Of a DNA stretch of 32,000 nucleotides, positions 22,219-31,322 are shown in pieces (the stretch's first letter is position 1; each line of letters starts with the position of its first letter). Source of the DNA: Candidatus Lokiarchaeum ossiferum (GTDB taxonomy: Archaea > Asgardarchaeota > Lokiarchaeia > Sigyniarchaeales > Promethearchaeaceae); assembly GCA_025839675.1 (NCBI GenBank), contig CP104013.1, positions 780,001 to 812,000 on the forward strand, written 5' to 3'. Both the position numbers and the translations under genes were made by a program. Below the pieces are notes generated by a model. That model did no database searches. It worked only from the letters and a program-made list of their open reading frames with translations, and had not been told where the DNA came from.

Positions 22219-24009
22219 ATGCAAAAAACAGATGACAATAGAAAAAATCAAAAACATTTCTCAAAAGTATTACCTTACATAACAAAACATCGATTCTGGC
22301 TTATTTTACTTATATTCTGTGCAATTTTGGGAGGATTCATGGAAGTTATATTCCCATTTTTCCTTCTGAATTTGACAAATACTGCCATCAATAATCAATT
22401 CGCTGAATTTCAATCACTTTTGTTATGGGCCGTGTTATTCATGTTCATGAAATTGTTTCACAAATTTTTATACGAACAATCCTCTAATAGATATGAAATT
22501 CTCACAATTCGAGATTTTCGCAATTTGATTTCCACACGGATTCAAAAATTGCCTATTTCTTTCATTGAAACATTTCATTCGGGAGATTTAGTATCTCGTT
22601 TGAATAATGATGTTGATAAGATAACTGAACTACTAAGAAAGATCTATATTCTTATAATGCAACCAATAGTATTCATTCTGGGATTTATATATATGGCACT
22701 CATCTCATGGAAATTACTTCTTGCTACAATCATCCTTATTCCAATTTCAGCAATTTTATTTAACAAAGTAATCAAGCCAATAGGAAAAAATTCGAAAAAA
22801 GAGTTGGAAGAAATTGCCAAAGCGAATATAATTACTCAAGATGCAATTCGTGGTAACAATATAATTAAAGCGTTTAACTTAGAAAACACCTTTATAAAAA
22901 AATTTAGAAAGACGGTTAAAAAAGCACAAGAAGCGGGATTGGAAATCGAGAAAAGCAACGCAATCTCAGTAGCTCTTTTCATTGGATTAAGGTATATCCC
23001 TCAACTGGTTTGTCCACTTTATGGAGGTTATTTGGCGTATACAGGAGAAATCACAGTAGGAGGATTGCTCGCAAGTATGAGTTTAATATGGCTGGTATTC
23101 CTCCCAATCGAAAATATATTAGATTCTCTAAAAGTTTTTCGCGAAGTTACTCCTGCTATTAACCGAATCTTTGAAATCCTTGAACACTCTAAGGAAAATT
23201 CCCAAGTTCAATCGATAACATTTGATCATTTGCAGCATCCGATTGAAATAAAGAATTTAGTGTTCAATTATAGCAAAGAAAGGATGCTCCTTGATAATTT
23301 GAATCTCCAAATTAAGGAAGGAGAAACAACTGCCTTAGTTGGTCCATCCGGTTGTGGTAAAAGTACGATTTTAAAAATTCTTTGCGGTTTTTACGAACCT
23401 CAAGAGGGCGAAATAAGAATATATGGAAACAATTTATTTCTATCCAATCTCTCTCAGATTCGATCCAAAATTTCCTTGGTTTCCCAAGAATCCTACTTAT
23501 TTCCAACAACAATAAAGGAAAATATTGGATATGGCAAAATAGGAGCAACCGATGATGAAATTATATCAGCAGCCAAGTACGCTAATGCCCATAATTTTAT
23601 AATGCAATTGCCAAATGGTTATGAAACCGAAGTCGGAGAATGGGGATCAAAACTCTCCGGGGGAGAAAAGCAACGGATTGCACTTGCAAGAGCAATTTTA
23701 AAGGATGCCCCGATCTTGCTTCTTGATGAACCCACTTCTGCTTTGGATAATGTATCAGAAGCAATTATTCAAAATATCCTCGAAAAATATATGAAAAATA
23801 AAACAGTTATTATCGTCGCTCATCGTTTATCGTCATTAAAAAATGTTGATAACATAGTTGTTCTAAATAATGGAAAAATCGTAGAAAAAGGAACACACGA
23901 TGAACTATTGGGGTCCGACGGACTTTACAAACGGTTATATCTTAAGCAAATGAATGATATGAATTCCAAAAGTAAAAAAATGGAGGGGGCGATCATAAAT
24001 GCACAATAA
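22219..24009 (+). CDS. ABC exporter, fused permease-ATPase (type I exporter, MsbA/MdlB-like), subunit 1
   Basis: A six-TM N-terminal domain, Walker A GPSGCGKST, signature LSGGEKQR and Walker B ILLLDEPTS. Confidence 0.85.
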   Translation: MQKTDDNRKNQKHFSKVLPYITKHRFWLILLIFCAILGGFMEVIFPFFLLNLTNTAINNQFAEFQSLLLWAVLFMFMKLFHKFLYEQSSNRYEILTIRDFRNLISTRIQKLPISFIETFHSGDLVSRLNNDVDKITELLRKIYILIMQPIVFILGFIYMALISWKLLLATIILIPISAILFNKVIKPIGKNSKKELEEIAKANIITQDAIRGNNIIKAFNLENTFIKKFRKTVKKAQEAGLEIEKSNAISVALFIGLRYIPQLVCPLYGGYLAYTGEITVGGLLASMSLIWLVFLPIENILDSLKVFREVTPAINRIFEILEHSKENSQVQSITFDHLQHPIEIKNLVFNYSKERMLLDNLNLQIKEGETTALVGPSGCGKSTILKILCGFYEPQEGEIRIYGNNLFLSNLSQIRSKISLVSQESYLFPTTIKENIGYGKIGATDDEIISAAKYANAHNFIMQLPNGYETEVGEWGSKLSGGEKQRIALARAILKDAPILLLDEPTSALDNVSEAIIQNILEKYMKNKTVIIVAHRLSSLKNVDNIVVLNNGKIVEKGTHDELLGSDGLYKRLYLKQMNDMNSKSKKMEGAIINAQ

Positions 24010-25765
24010 TCAAAATAAAAGTGAAACCGCTCGCATATTTTCAATGTTAGGATCAAAAATATGGTTTTATGTTATCATAGTGATCATTTACAGCATCAAT
24101 ATCGCTTTTGGGTTCAATATGGTTTTAGCGTTCATTCAAAAAAATGTATTCGATGCTGCCATAACAGGGAATTTCAGTTTTATAAATAAAGCGATTCTAT
24201 TAGCTGTAGTTACGTTTGTTATTGGTGTTCCATTGTGGATGATCACACAATATACTTTGAGATCTATAAATAAGAAAGTCATTTCTCAAACCAGAATTAA
24301 TTTATTCCAGAAAATCGTTTGCTTACCAACATCAAATTTTGAAAATAAGCATAGCGGTGATTTGATTTCTCGGAGTACGAATGATATTAAAGTAATTGAA
24401 CCAATCTTCCGTTTTTGGATTGCTGATCTCGTTGTTGCACTCTTTTTTGGTGTGGGTGCGATTGGAGCCATATTTGTAATGGATTGGCGCTTTGGATTTC
24501 TCGCCCTTGGAATTGGGGTTTTGATCGTAATAATTAGCTTCAAGTTTGCAAAACCCCTAAGAAATCGGAGTAATTTAATCCAAAAATCTTTGGGAAATTC
24601 CACCGAACGACTTATCGATGTGATACAAGGTATACATGTCACAAAAATGTTTCAGCTTGAACAAAATGCTCACAAGTTTTATGAAAAATCAAATTCTGAT
24701 TGGGCTGACAATAAAATACAACATACTAACATCATTTCAATATATAATACTTTCCACTCGCTGTTTGAAGGAATACGAACCTTGGGAACTTTAATTTTAG
24801 GATTATATTTATTAACTGAAGGACAAATATCGATTGGAATTATTGTTGCTGCAATCCACTTGCAAGAAAATGCCGGATATTTCTTCAGCAATTTGGCAAA
24901 TAAGGTGACAGGAATTCAAACATCTTTTTCAGGAGCAAAACGAATATTTGAAATAATGGATAAAGACGTTGAAAGAGATGCCATAACTCCATCTGAGTCT
25001 CTTGAATTACCTGAATTGACTTCTAATGTGAATGATAATCAAATGATTAGGATTGAAAACGTAAATTTCAGTTACGATAACTCGCATAACTTAATTCAGC
25101 ACCTCAATATGCAAGTATCAGAAGGGCAGTTGATAGCATTTGTTGGAGAAAGTGGAGGAGGTAAGAGTACATTAATAAAATTGCTGTTAGGGCTATATCC
25201 GATTTCTCAAGGCAAGATTTTCATAAATAATAAACCCATAGACAACTTCACAAAAAAACTGCTCCGGGAAATGATTGCATATGTTCCTCAAAATGCTTTC
25301 TTATTTAATGGCACTATAGCTGAGAATATTCAATATGGAAATTCAAGCGCAACCACTGAAGAAATAATGGAAGCAGCAAAGGCAGCATACGCTCATAATT
25401 TCATAACAAAGCAAAAGGATGGATATAACACATTAGTAGGAGAACGAGGAACACACCTTTCAGGTGGTCAACGCCAACGTATAGCTATCGCACGAGCAAT
25501 TCTTAAGAATGCCCCTATATTACTTTTAGATGAAGCCACATCTGCACTCGATTCGGAATCTGAACAAGTAGTTCAAAAAGCACTTGACTCTCTTATGAAC
25601 GGGAGAACCACCCTTGCGGTCGCACATCGTCTTTCAACCATTCAACATGCGGATAAAATTTACGTTATTGGAAATGGAAAAATAGTAGAACAGGGAACTC
25701 ATGCTGAATTGATAAATCAAGAAGGTATTTATAAAAATCTTCAAAGCTTACAATATGAAGCTTAG
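23999..25765 (+). CDS. ABC exporter, fused permease-ATPase, subunit 2 (likely heterodimer partner)
   Basis: Walker A GESGGGKST, signature LSGGQRQR, Walker B ILLLDEATS. It overlaps the upstream subunit by 11 nt. Confidence 0.85.
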   Translation: MHNNQNKSETARIFSMLGSKIWFYVIIVIIYSINIAFGFNMVLAFIQKNVFDAAITGNFSFINKAILLAVVTFVIGVPLWMITQYTLRSINKKVISQTRINLFQKIVCLPTSNFENKHSGDLISRSTNDIKVIEPIFRFWIADLVVALFFGVGAIGAIFVMDWRFGFLALGIGVLIVIISFKFAKPLRNRSNLIQKSLGNSTERLIDVIQGIHVTKMFQLEQNAHKFYEKSNSDWADNKIQHTNIISIYNTFHSLFEGIRTLGTLILGLYLLTEGQISIGIIVAAIHLQENAGYFFSNLANKVTGIQTSFSGAKRIFEIMDKDVERDAITPSESLELPELTSNVNDNQMIRIENVNFSYDNSHNLIQHLNMQVSEGQLIAFVGESGGGKSTLIKLLLGLYPISQGKIFINNKPIDNFTKKLLREMIAYVPQNAFLFNGTIAENIQYGNSSATTEEIMEAAKAAYAHNFITKQKDGYNTLVGERGTHLSGGQRQRIAIARAILKNAPILLLDEATSALDSESEQVVQKALDSLMNGRTTLAVAHRLSTIQHADKIYVIGNGKIVEQGTHAELINQEGIYKNLQSLQYEA

Positions 25766-25926
25766 TCCATCTCAAATTCACCTTAGATTATGGACTACTT
25801 AAGGATTCAAAGCAAATTTAACATTTTTTTTAATTATCCTCTTCATTTACTTAGATATGCCATTTTCAGAAGTTTTTGAGTGGGTTAGAAAATCAGAATC
25901 TAAAATTAAGGATTCAAATATTTGTT

Positions 25927-26538
25927 TTACTTTTTGTGAGAATTTAGATGCAATCGGATTCCACCAGACTGAAAATGTTTGGAATCTATTAGAGCTAATA
26001 AATGGTCTTCATCTAAAAACCCTAACACCGTTTTACCTTCTTTAAATATCACCGGATGAAGATAAAGTTGATATTCGTCGATCAAATCCCACCTTATAAA
26101 GGATTGAGCAATTCCTGCGCCACCAACAACCGCAATATTTTTACCTGGTGTGTTTTTAAGTTGATGGATTTCGTTAGGGATATCCTTACTGATTATGCGT
26201 GAATTTTGCCACGTAGTGGATTGCAATGTAGTTGAAATGGCGATTTTTTGAAGTTCATTAGTGATTTCTGAAAATTTTTTTTGAAAATCGGAGCTGGATG
26301 GATCACTAGCCCGCGATGGCCAATAACTTTCCCACATCTGAAAGGTAACACGCCCAATAATTAAAGTATCGACGGATTTAAGAATATTCCAGATATCTTC
26401 AACCATCTCATCAAACTGAGATTTTGTATCAAATGGAGGAATCCACCCTCCAGCACTGATACCATTTAATCCCATACCCATTAGTAGGATAATTTTCCGA
26501 GTTGAACCATTTGTTGTTTTTTCATTCATGATTTTCAC
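25927..26538 (-). CDS. Dihydrofolate-reductase-like protein (RibD C-terminal domain family)
   Basis: KIILLMGMGLNG..., TLIIGRVTFQMW and NIAVVGGAGIAQSFIRWDLIDEYQLYLHPVIFKEGKTVLG follow the RibD_C/DHFR-fold pattern. Confidence 0.7.
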   Translation of the reverse strand: MKIMNEKTTNGSTRKIILLMGMGLNGISAGGWIPPFDTKSQFDEMVEDIWNILKSVDTLIIGRVTFQMWESYWPSRASDPSSSDFQKKFSEITNELQKIAISTTLQSTTWQNSRIISKDIPNEIHQLKNTPGKNIAVVGGAGIAQSFIRWDLIDEYQLYLHPVIFKEGKTVLGFLDEDHLLALIDSKHFQSGGIRLHLNSHKK

Positions 26539-26737
26539 GCCATAAAATACTCAATTTAAAAAAATAATAAGCTTTCTTCTTCAAATAATTAAGAAGTAAT
26601 ATTACTCATTTTTGATCAAAAGACTTTATCGATAAACATCAATTTTTAATAATTTCCAATGTTGTTATCGTGATACTTTAGAAAATTAACAGAAGGTTCA
26701 TCTTTTATACTGGAATCTTCCTATCATACATATACTC

Positions 26738-27868
26738 ATGGTAAATTACGAACCGAAATATGCTAAGTCTATTTTAAATAAAATGAAATACATCGATTCG
26801 TGGTTTTGGTGTCGTTATACGCTTAATGCATATAATGGGTGCGAACATGCTTGTACCTATTGTGATGCTCGGAGTGATCGCTACTATTTACATCAAGATT
26901 TTGACAAGAAAATTTATATTAAGACCAATGCTGCGAATTTATTAGATTCAAAGCTCAAAAATGCCCGATCACTTGAAAAAGATGTTATAGCAATGGCAGG
27001 GACATCCGATGGATATCAACCTGCGGAAAAGACTGCTGAGAATACAAAAAAAATACTTCAAGTCATTTTAAAACATGGTTTTCCGGTCAATATTTCAACC
27101 AAAAATAAATTAATTGTGCGTGATTTAGATATTTTCAGTGAAATTGCCAAAAAATCCTGGGCAAATATTGCATTTACAATTACGAGCGTAGATCAAGATC
27201 TCACAAGTTTTTTAGAACCACGCGCATCTACTATAGAAGAACGATTTTCGGCAATTAAGAATATTTCTCATCAATTTCCAGATATCAAGATAGGAATTAA
27301 TTTAATGCCGATTATTCCCTTGCTCCATGATGATCATAATGATTTGGAAGAATTAATTAAGAAAGGAAAAGAAGCAGGAGCACAATATATCTTATTTGCA
27401 CCCGGTGTCACCTTACGTGATAATCAAGGAAAATATTTTCTAAAAAGATTGAAGAAATATTTAGAACGCCAGAACAAGATAGATTTATTTCATCAATTTG
27501 TTTCGCATTTTGGACCGGAAGGGACACATCCCCAAGCATATTATCATCAAAAGAACATGGAAGTTTGGAACTTGTGTCAGAAATATGATATGAATATTGA
27601 AGTACCCCGTTGGATCCCATCAGATTATCGAAAAGAAAATTATAAAGCAGCAGAAATATTGTTAACTAAAGCACGAATTCTTAAATTTGAAAGAAAACCA
27701 TTTAAGGACATCTATTGGGCTGGGATGAATATCAATAATTTAAAACAACCCCTAGGACAATTACACAAACAAGGTAAGTTGAAAGATATATTGAAGAGCA
27801 CTTCAAGAGTTTATTCCCTAATTCAACCATACATAAAACCTCCAACATCTTTGGACAAGTTTTTTTAA
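26738..27868 (+). CDS. Radical SAM protein, SplB/COG1533-like ('DNA repair photolyase' family)
   Basis: A CX3CX2C cluster motif in LNAYNGCEHACTYCDARS near the N-terminus. Length and layout fit the SplB-like family. Confidence 0.7.
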   Translation: MVNYEPKYAKSILNKMKYIDSWFWCRYTLNAYNGCEHACTYCDARSDRYYLHQDFDKKIYIKTNAANLLDSKLKNARSLEKDVIAMAGTSDGYQPAEKTAENTKKILQVILKHGFPVNISTKNKLIVRDLDIFSEIAKKSWANIAFTITSVDQDLTSFLEPRASTIEERFSAIKNISHQFPDIKIGINLMPIIPLLHDDHNDLEELIKKGKEAGAQYILFAPGVTLRDNQGKYFLKRLKKYLERQNKIDLFHQFVSHFGPEGTHPQAYYHQKNMEVWNLCQKYDMNIEVPRWIPSDYRKENYKAAEILLTKARILKFERKPFKDIYWAGMNINNLKQPLGQLHKQGKLKDILKSTSRVYSLIQPYIKPPTSLDKFF

Positions 27869-27914
27869 TAAATTAAGAGTATTTTTACGTTCAACTTGAT
27901 TTAAATTATGTAAA

Positions 27915-29069
27915 GTGTTCAAATATCCCATATCAAAATCCAAACTTTACCTCTCGTTTGTGTTATTAGTCCTGATTTTTAACTCCTACATAGGATTAAA
28001 TTGGTTTTCATTGGGATATGGTGCAACTTCTGTCTCCTTAACGCAAGGGACAAAATCAGAGGCCATTTTTATCGAAGGAAATAGGGTGTATATCGTTGAT
28101 CAAGAAAAAGGGACAGAAATTTATGATATCTCGGATCCACTTAATATTTCTTTAATCTCCCAGTTTTCCCGCTGGGGAAACACTTCCAAGGGGTTATTTG
28201 TGAAAGAAGGTATAGGATATATCGCAGATGGATGGGGGCATGGAGTGCGAATAATTAATTTTACAGATAGTTCTTATGCTTATCAAATTTCACAGATTCA
28301 ACCTAAAAAATGCTTTATCAACGATGTTTATATCCAGAACAATACGTTATTCATAGCTGCGGGGGAATCAGGATTAATGATCTACGATATTGCTGACATT
28401 ACATATCCGCGATATTTATCTTCTTTCGGTAATGAATATAATTCCACTGACGGAATTTTTATTAAAAATAATTATGCATTTTTGGCAGATGGGAAAGATG
28501 GCTTAGAAATTGTAAATATCTCAAACCCATCCGCCCCAGAATTTATTGGAAATTATAGTATCAATACGGAATCTTATGGAATTACCGGAGATAATAACTT
28601 AATTTTCCTAGCGGATGGAACTAAAGGATTTAAAATTCTGAATGTTGAAGATACCACTAATATTTCAATGCTCGGAGAATATAAGGAAGAATTTGGCACC
28701 CTCTGGAATGTAATAGTCCAAAATGATGTGGCATTTTTAGCATATGGATTATCAGGACTAATTGCGGTCGACTTAACTAATTCTAAAATACCTCAGAAAC
28801 TTGAGAGTTATTACAGTGGAGGAAATACTGTCGATTTAGCAATTAGTGGCAAAATATTATATTTGGCAGACAATTGGCATGGATTAAAAAGATTGAATAT
28901 TACAAATGTGAGTCATTTTGAAAAAATAGAAAACTCAAATATTATTGATGACCAAAATGACCAATTTAGGGCACCCTTCTGGTTATTGGGAGGTTTGGGA
29001 ATAATTGTCCTTTTTGGATCACTATACATTAATCAAACTAAAAAGAGACCACTTCCAGAGAAGCTATGA
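27915..29069 (+). CDS. LVIVD-repeat (beta-propeller) surface protein with an N-terminal signal/anchor and a C-terminal TM anchor
   Basis: Repeated units such as GIFIKNNYAFLADGKDGLEIVNISNPSAPEFIG, GLMIYDIADITYPRYLSSF and GFKILNVEDTTNISMLGEY. Hydrophobic N-terminus LYLSFVLLVLIF and C-terminal FWLLGGLGIIVLFGSLYI. GTG start. Confidence 0.7.
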   Translation: MFKYPISKSKLYLSFVLLVLIFNSYIGLNWFSLGYGATSVSLTQGTKSEAIFIEGNRVYIVDQEKGTEIYDISDPLNISLISQFSRWGNTSKGLFVKEGIGYIADGWGHGVRIINFTDSSYAYQISQIQPKKCFINDVYIQNNTLFIAAGESGLMIYDIADITYPRYLSSFGNEYNSTDGIFIKNNYAFLADGKDGLEIVNISNPSAPEFIGNYSINTESYGITGDNNLIFLADGTKGFKILNVEDTTNISMLGEYKEEFGTLWNVIVQNDVAFLAYGLSGLIAVDLTNSKIPQKLESYYSGGNTVDLAISGKILYLADNWHGLKRLNITNVSHFEKIENSNIIDDQNDQFRAPFWLLGGLGIIVLFGSLYINQTKKRPLPEKL

Positions 29070-29073
29070 TATT

Positions 29074-29319
29074 CTACTGATTAAACTCTCTATCAAAATC
29101 ATTTGCAAGTTTCTTAAAAAAATAGAACCCTACAGCAATGATAATTAGAGAGATGATAAAAATAACAACTTGAACAAATACATGTGCATTCTTTGCATAG
29201 ATCTGAATTTTAGTTGGTGATATATAATTGATAATGACCGCTAGGGTAGCAATTATTAAAAAGATAATGACAGAAATACCCCAATACAGATTTTTTTGTT
29301 TTTTTTCCATGAACTCCAC
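29074..29319 (-). CDS. Small membrane protein (81 aa, 2 TM helices)
   Basis: Two long hydrophobic segments (WGISVIIFLIIATLAVIINYI; VQVVIFIISLIIIAVGFYFF). It lies 9 nt downstream of the GT-C-like gene on the same strand. Confidence 0.5.
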   Translation of the reverse strand: MEFMEKKQKNLYWGISVIIFLIIATLAVIINYISPTKIQIYAKNAHVFVQVVIFIISLIIIAVGFYFFKKLANDFDREFNQ

Positions 29320-29328
29320 TTTTTTATC

Positions 29329-30486
29329 CTAAAGAGCAACTTTATGATATTTACTGTAATATTTATCAAAATCCTCCCATGACCACATACCAGCACCGAT
29401 GGGGTATTGTTTATGAAAATCGGGTTTTTTCATTTGGAAATAATAGAGTAAGGGGATAAATAAAAAGATTAAGTAATGAGATTGTCCATAATTTGTAGTC
29501 AATGTAAATAAAATTACGGATAGAATGAAATACTTAATTAAAAACCATTCTTCATAAGAATCAAACCGTTTTGTAAATAGATAAACCACACATATAACAC
29601 CCAATATGAAAAACATAAATAATCGCGCTTCGGGACCAATTTGAATTGATCTACCGCTAATATTAAATAAAATTCGAGGAATTGAAAAGACTGACCAAGC
29701 ATCAAAATCATTTCCACAACTAGGGCACTTATTATAAGGCATATTACTGGAATAAGTAAAAAGACTTTCAATAAAACCCCCTGAAGGCCAAAAGATAAAA
29801 ATTAATCCTATAAAAATCGCTGGAAGCGCGCCAAGAATAAAAAATCCGAAATCTTTTAATCCTTTTTTCATGTGATAGACTGCATAGATTGGAACGAATA
29901 AATAGATTAATTGATAAGACATAGCGGCAAGAGTAATACAAAGACTGGATAAAATCGGATTCTTCAATTTATCGAAAGCTAAGACAGTTAATAGAATAGG
30001 AGCATAGATAAATACGGTAATACAAGTTGTTCCTACGGGAATGATCCAAAAGAATATCCCCCCATAATATAATAATTGGTTTTCCCTTGGATCTTTCTCA
30101 ATATGAGAAATTTGAGCATTTTTCTGACATTTTCGATCACAAGATCCGATTTTAGAAACATATTCCCCTATCAGAAAACTATAAACATTAATCATAATAG
30201 CCATTCCAATCCAGAGATTATTATACCAAATTGGAATCAACATAGCCGGTAAATAGACAAGCAAAGTAACAGGACCATAATTGAAAGGTTGTGAGAATTG
30301 TGAATTTCCCCAAGCAAGGAAATACTCTGATTTAGAATATGGATTTCGACCCCCCAATAATTCTTGGAGTGCTTGGTAGATTATTTCTGAAGCATCATTA
30401 TAAACTTCATCTTCATTAACGTATATGAAGATTAGAAGCATAAGTAGTCGTACTCCCAATCCAATCAAAAAATAATCTTTGCGCAT
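29329..30486 (-). CDS. Polytopic membrane protein, candidate GT-C-type glycosyltransferase (DUF2029/PMT-like)
   Basis: About 10 TM helices and an acidic first loop (VNEDEVYNDASE) after TM1, as in GT-C enzymes. The family assignment is tentative. Confidence 0.4.
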   Translation of the reverse strand: MRKDYFLIGLGVRLLMLLIFIYVNEDEVYNDASEIIYQALQELLGGRNPYSKSEYFLAWGNSQFSQPFNYGPVTLLVYLPAMLIPIWYNNLWIGMAIMINVYSFLIGEYVSKIGSCDRKCQKNAQISHIEKDPRENQLLYYGGIFFWIIPVGTTCITVFIYAPILLTVLAFDKLKNPILSSLCITLAAMSYQLIYLFVPIYAVYHMKKGLKDFGFFILGALPAIFIGLIFIFWPSGGFIESLFTYSSNMPYNKCPSCGNDFDAWSVFSIPRILFNISGRSIQIGPEARLFMFFILGVICVVYLFTKRFDSYEEWFLIKYFILSVILFTLTTNYGQSHYLIFLFIPLLYYFQMKKPDFHKQYPIGAGMWSWEDFDKYYSKYHKVAL

Positions 30487-30633
30487 AATAGATTTCTCGA
30501 ATAAATTGAATATTTGATCATTAATTAGATTTCTCGTTCAAAATCAAATCTAAAGTTACAAAAGTTTTTTGCTTATCATAAATTTAAGATCTTAGTAATT
30601 ATACTCATAATCAAATAGTAAGTGGGAAATTGA

Positions 30634-31260
30634 ATGAATAATCCATCAAATCAAGCAAAAATTAAAACAAATGACAATCATACAGAAGAAGACCCTTCGG
30701 AAATAATTATAGTAGAAGGGAAATTTAATGATAAAAAAGTCATACTCCCATTTTCCCTTACAAGCCAACAGCTATTTGATAAAAACTATTTTGGGACTCA
30801 ATTACCAGATAAACAACTCGAATTAGAAATAGTTGAAGCTTTACTCTTGATAGAACGAAGTCGTTTGAAAGTTTTCAATGTTCAAAATCAAGAAATGACA
30901 GCCGAACAAATTCTTGCGTTGTATTCAAAACATGATGAAAAAATCTGGGTCAAATATCTCGTATATCGAGATATTCGCCAACGTGGTTATATCGTGCGAA
31001 CGGGGTATGGTGAAGGGATAGATTTTCGAGTTTATCCACGAGGTTCAAGTCGAACCGTGGGTGTTGCGAAATATTTTATTTTCATCTTAGATGAAGAAAA
31101 TCCAGTTCATTTACAAAAGTTAGATAAAATAACCCAACAAACACTTAACTCACGGAAAGAACTTATATTAGCAATTGTAGATCGTCTTGGAGACCCTACA
31201 TATTATCAACTTGAACAATTTCAACTAAAAGAAAATACCAAAAAAGAAAAATTTTGGTAA
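30634..31260 (+). CDS. endA: tRNA-splicing endonuclease (EndA family) subunit; the catalytic His position is occupied by Val
   Basis: YLVYRDIRQRGYIVRTGYGEGIDFRVYPRG...SRKELILAIVD aligns without gaps to the M. jannaschii EndA catalytic domain (YLVYKDLR.RGY.VK.G.K.G.DFR.YERG...VRKKL..AIVD, from memory). Tyr134 and Lys175 are present and position 144 is Val. Confidence 0.8.
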   Translation: MNNPSNQAKIKTNDNHTEEDPSEIIIVEGKFNDKKVILPFSLTSQQLFDKNYFGTQLPDKQLELEIVEALLLIERSRLKVFNVQNQEMTAEQILALYSKHDEKIWVKYLVYRDIRQRGYIVRTGYGEGIDFRVYPRGSSRTVGVAKYFIFILDEENPVHLQKLDKITQQTLNSRKELILAIVDRLGDPTYYQLEQFQLKENTKKEKFW

Positions 31261-31322
31261 ACGACTCGCTGTAAATATTTTTTCACAAATTACTTTAAAC
31301 AAAAATAATGGAATGATTTAAA

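Noticed and set aside
25857-26045. 62-aa plus-strand ORF overlapping the 3' end of the DHFR-like gene
   Set aside because: It overlaps a motif-supported gene in antisense, is short and has no motif. It is most likely spurious.
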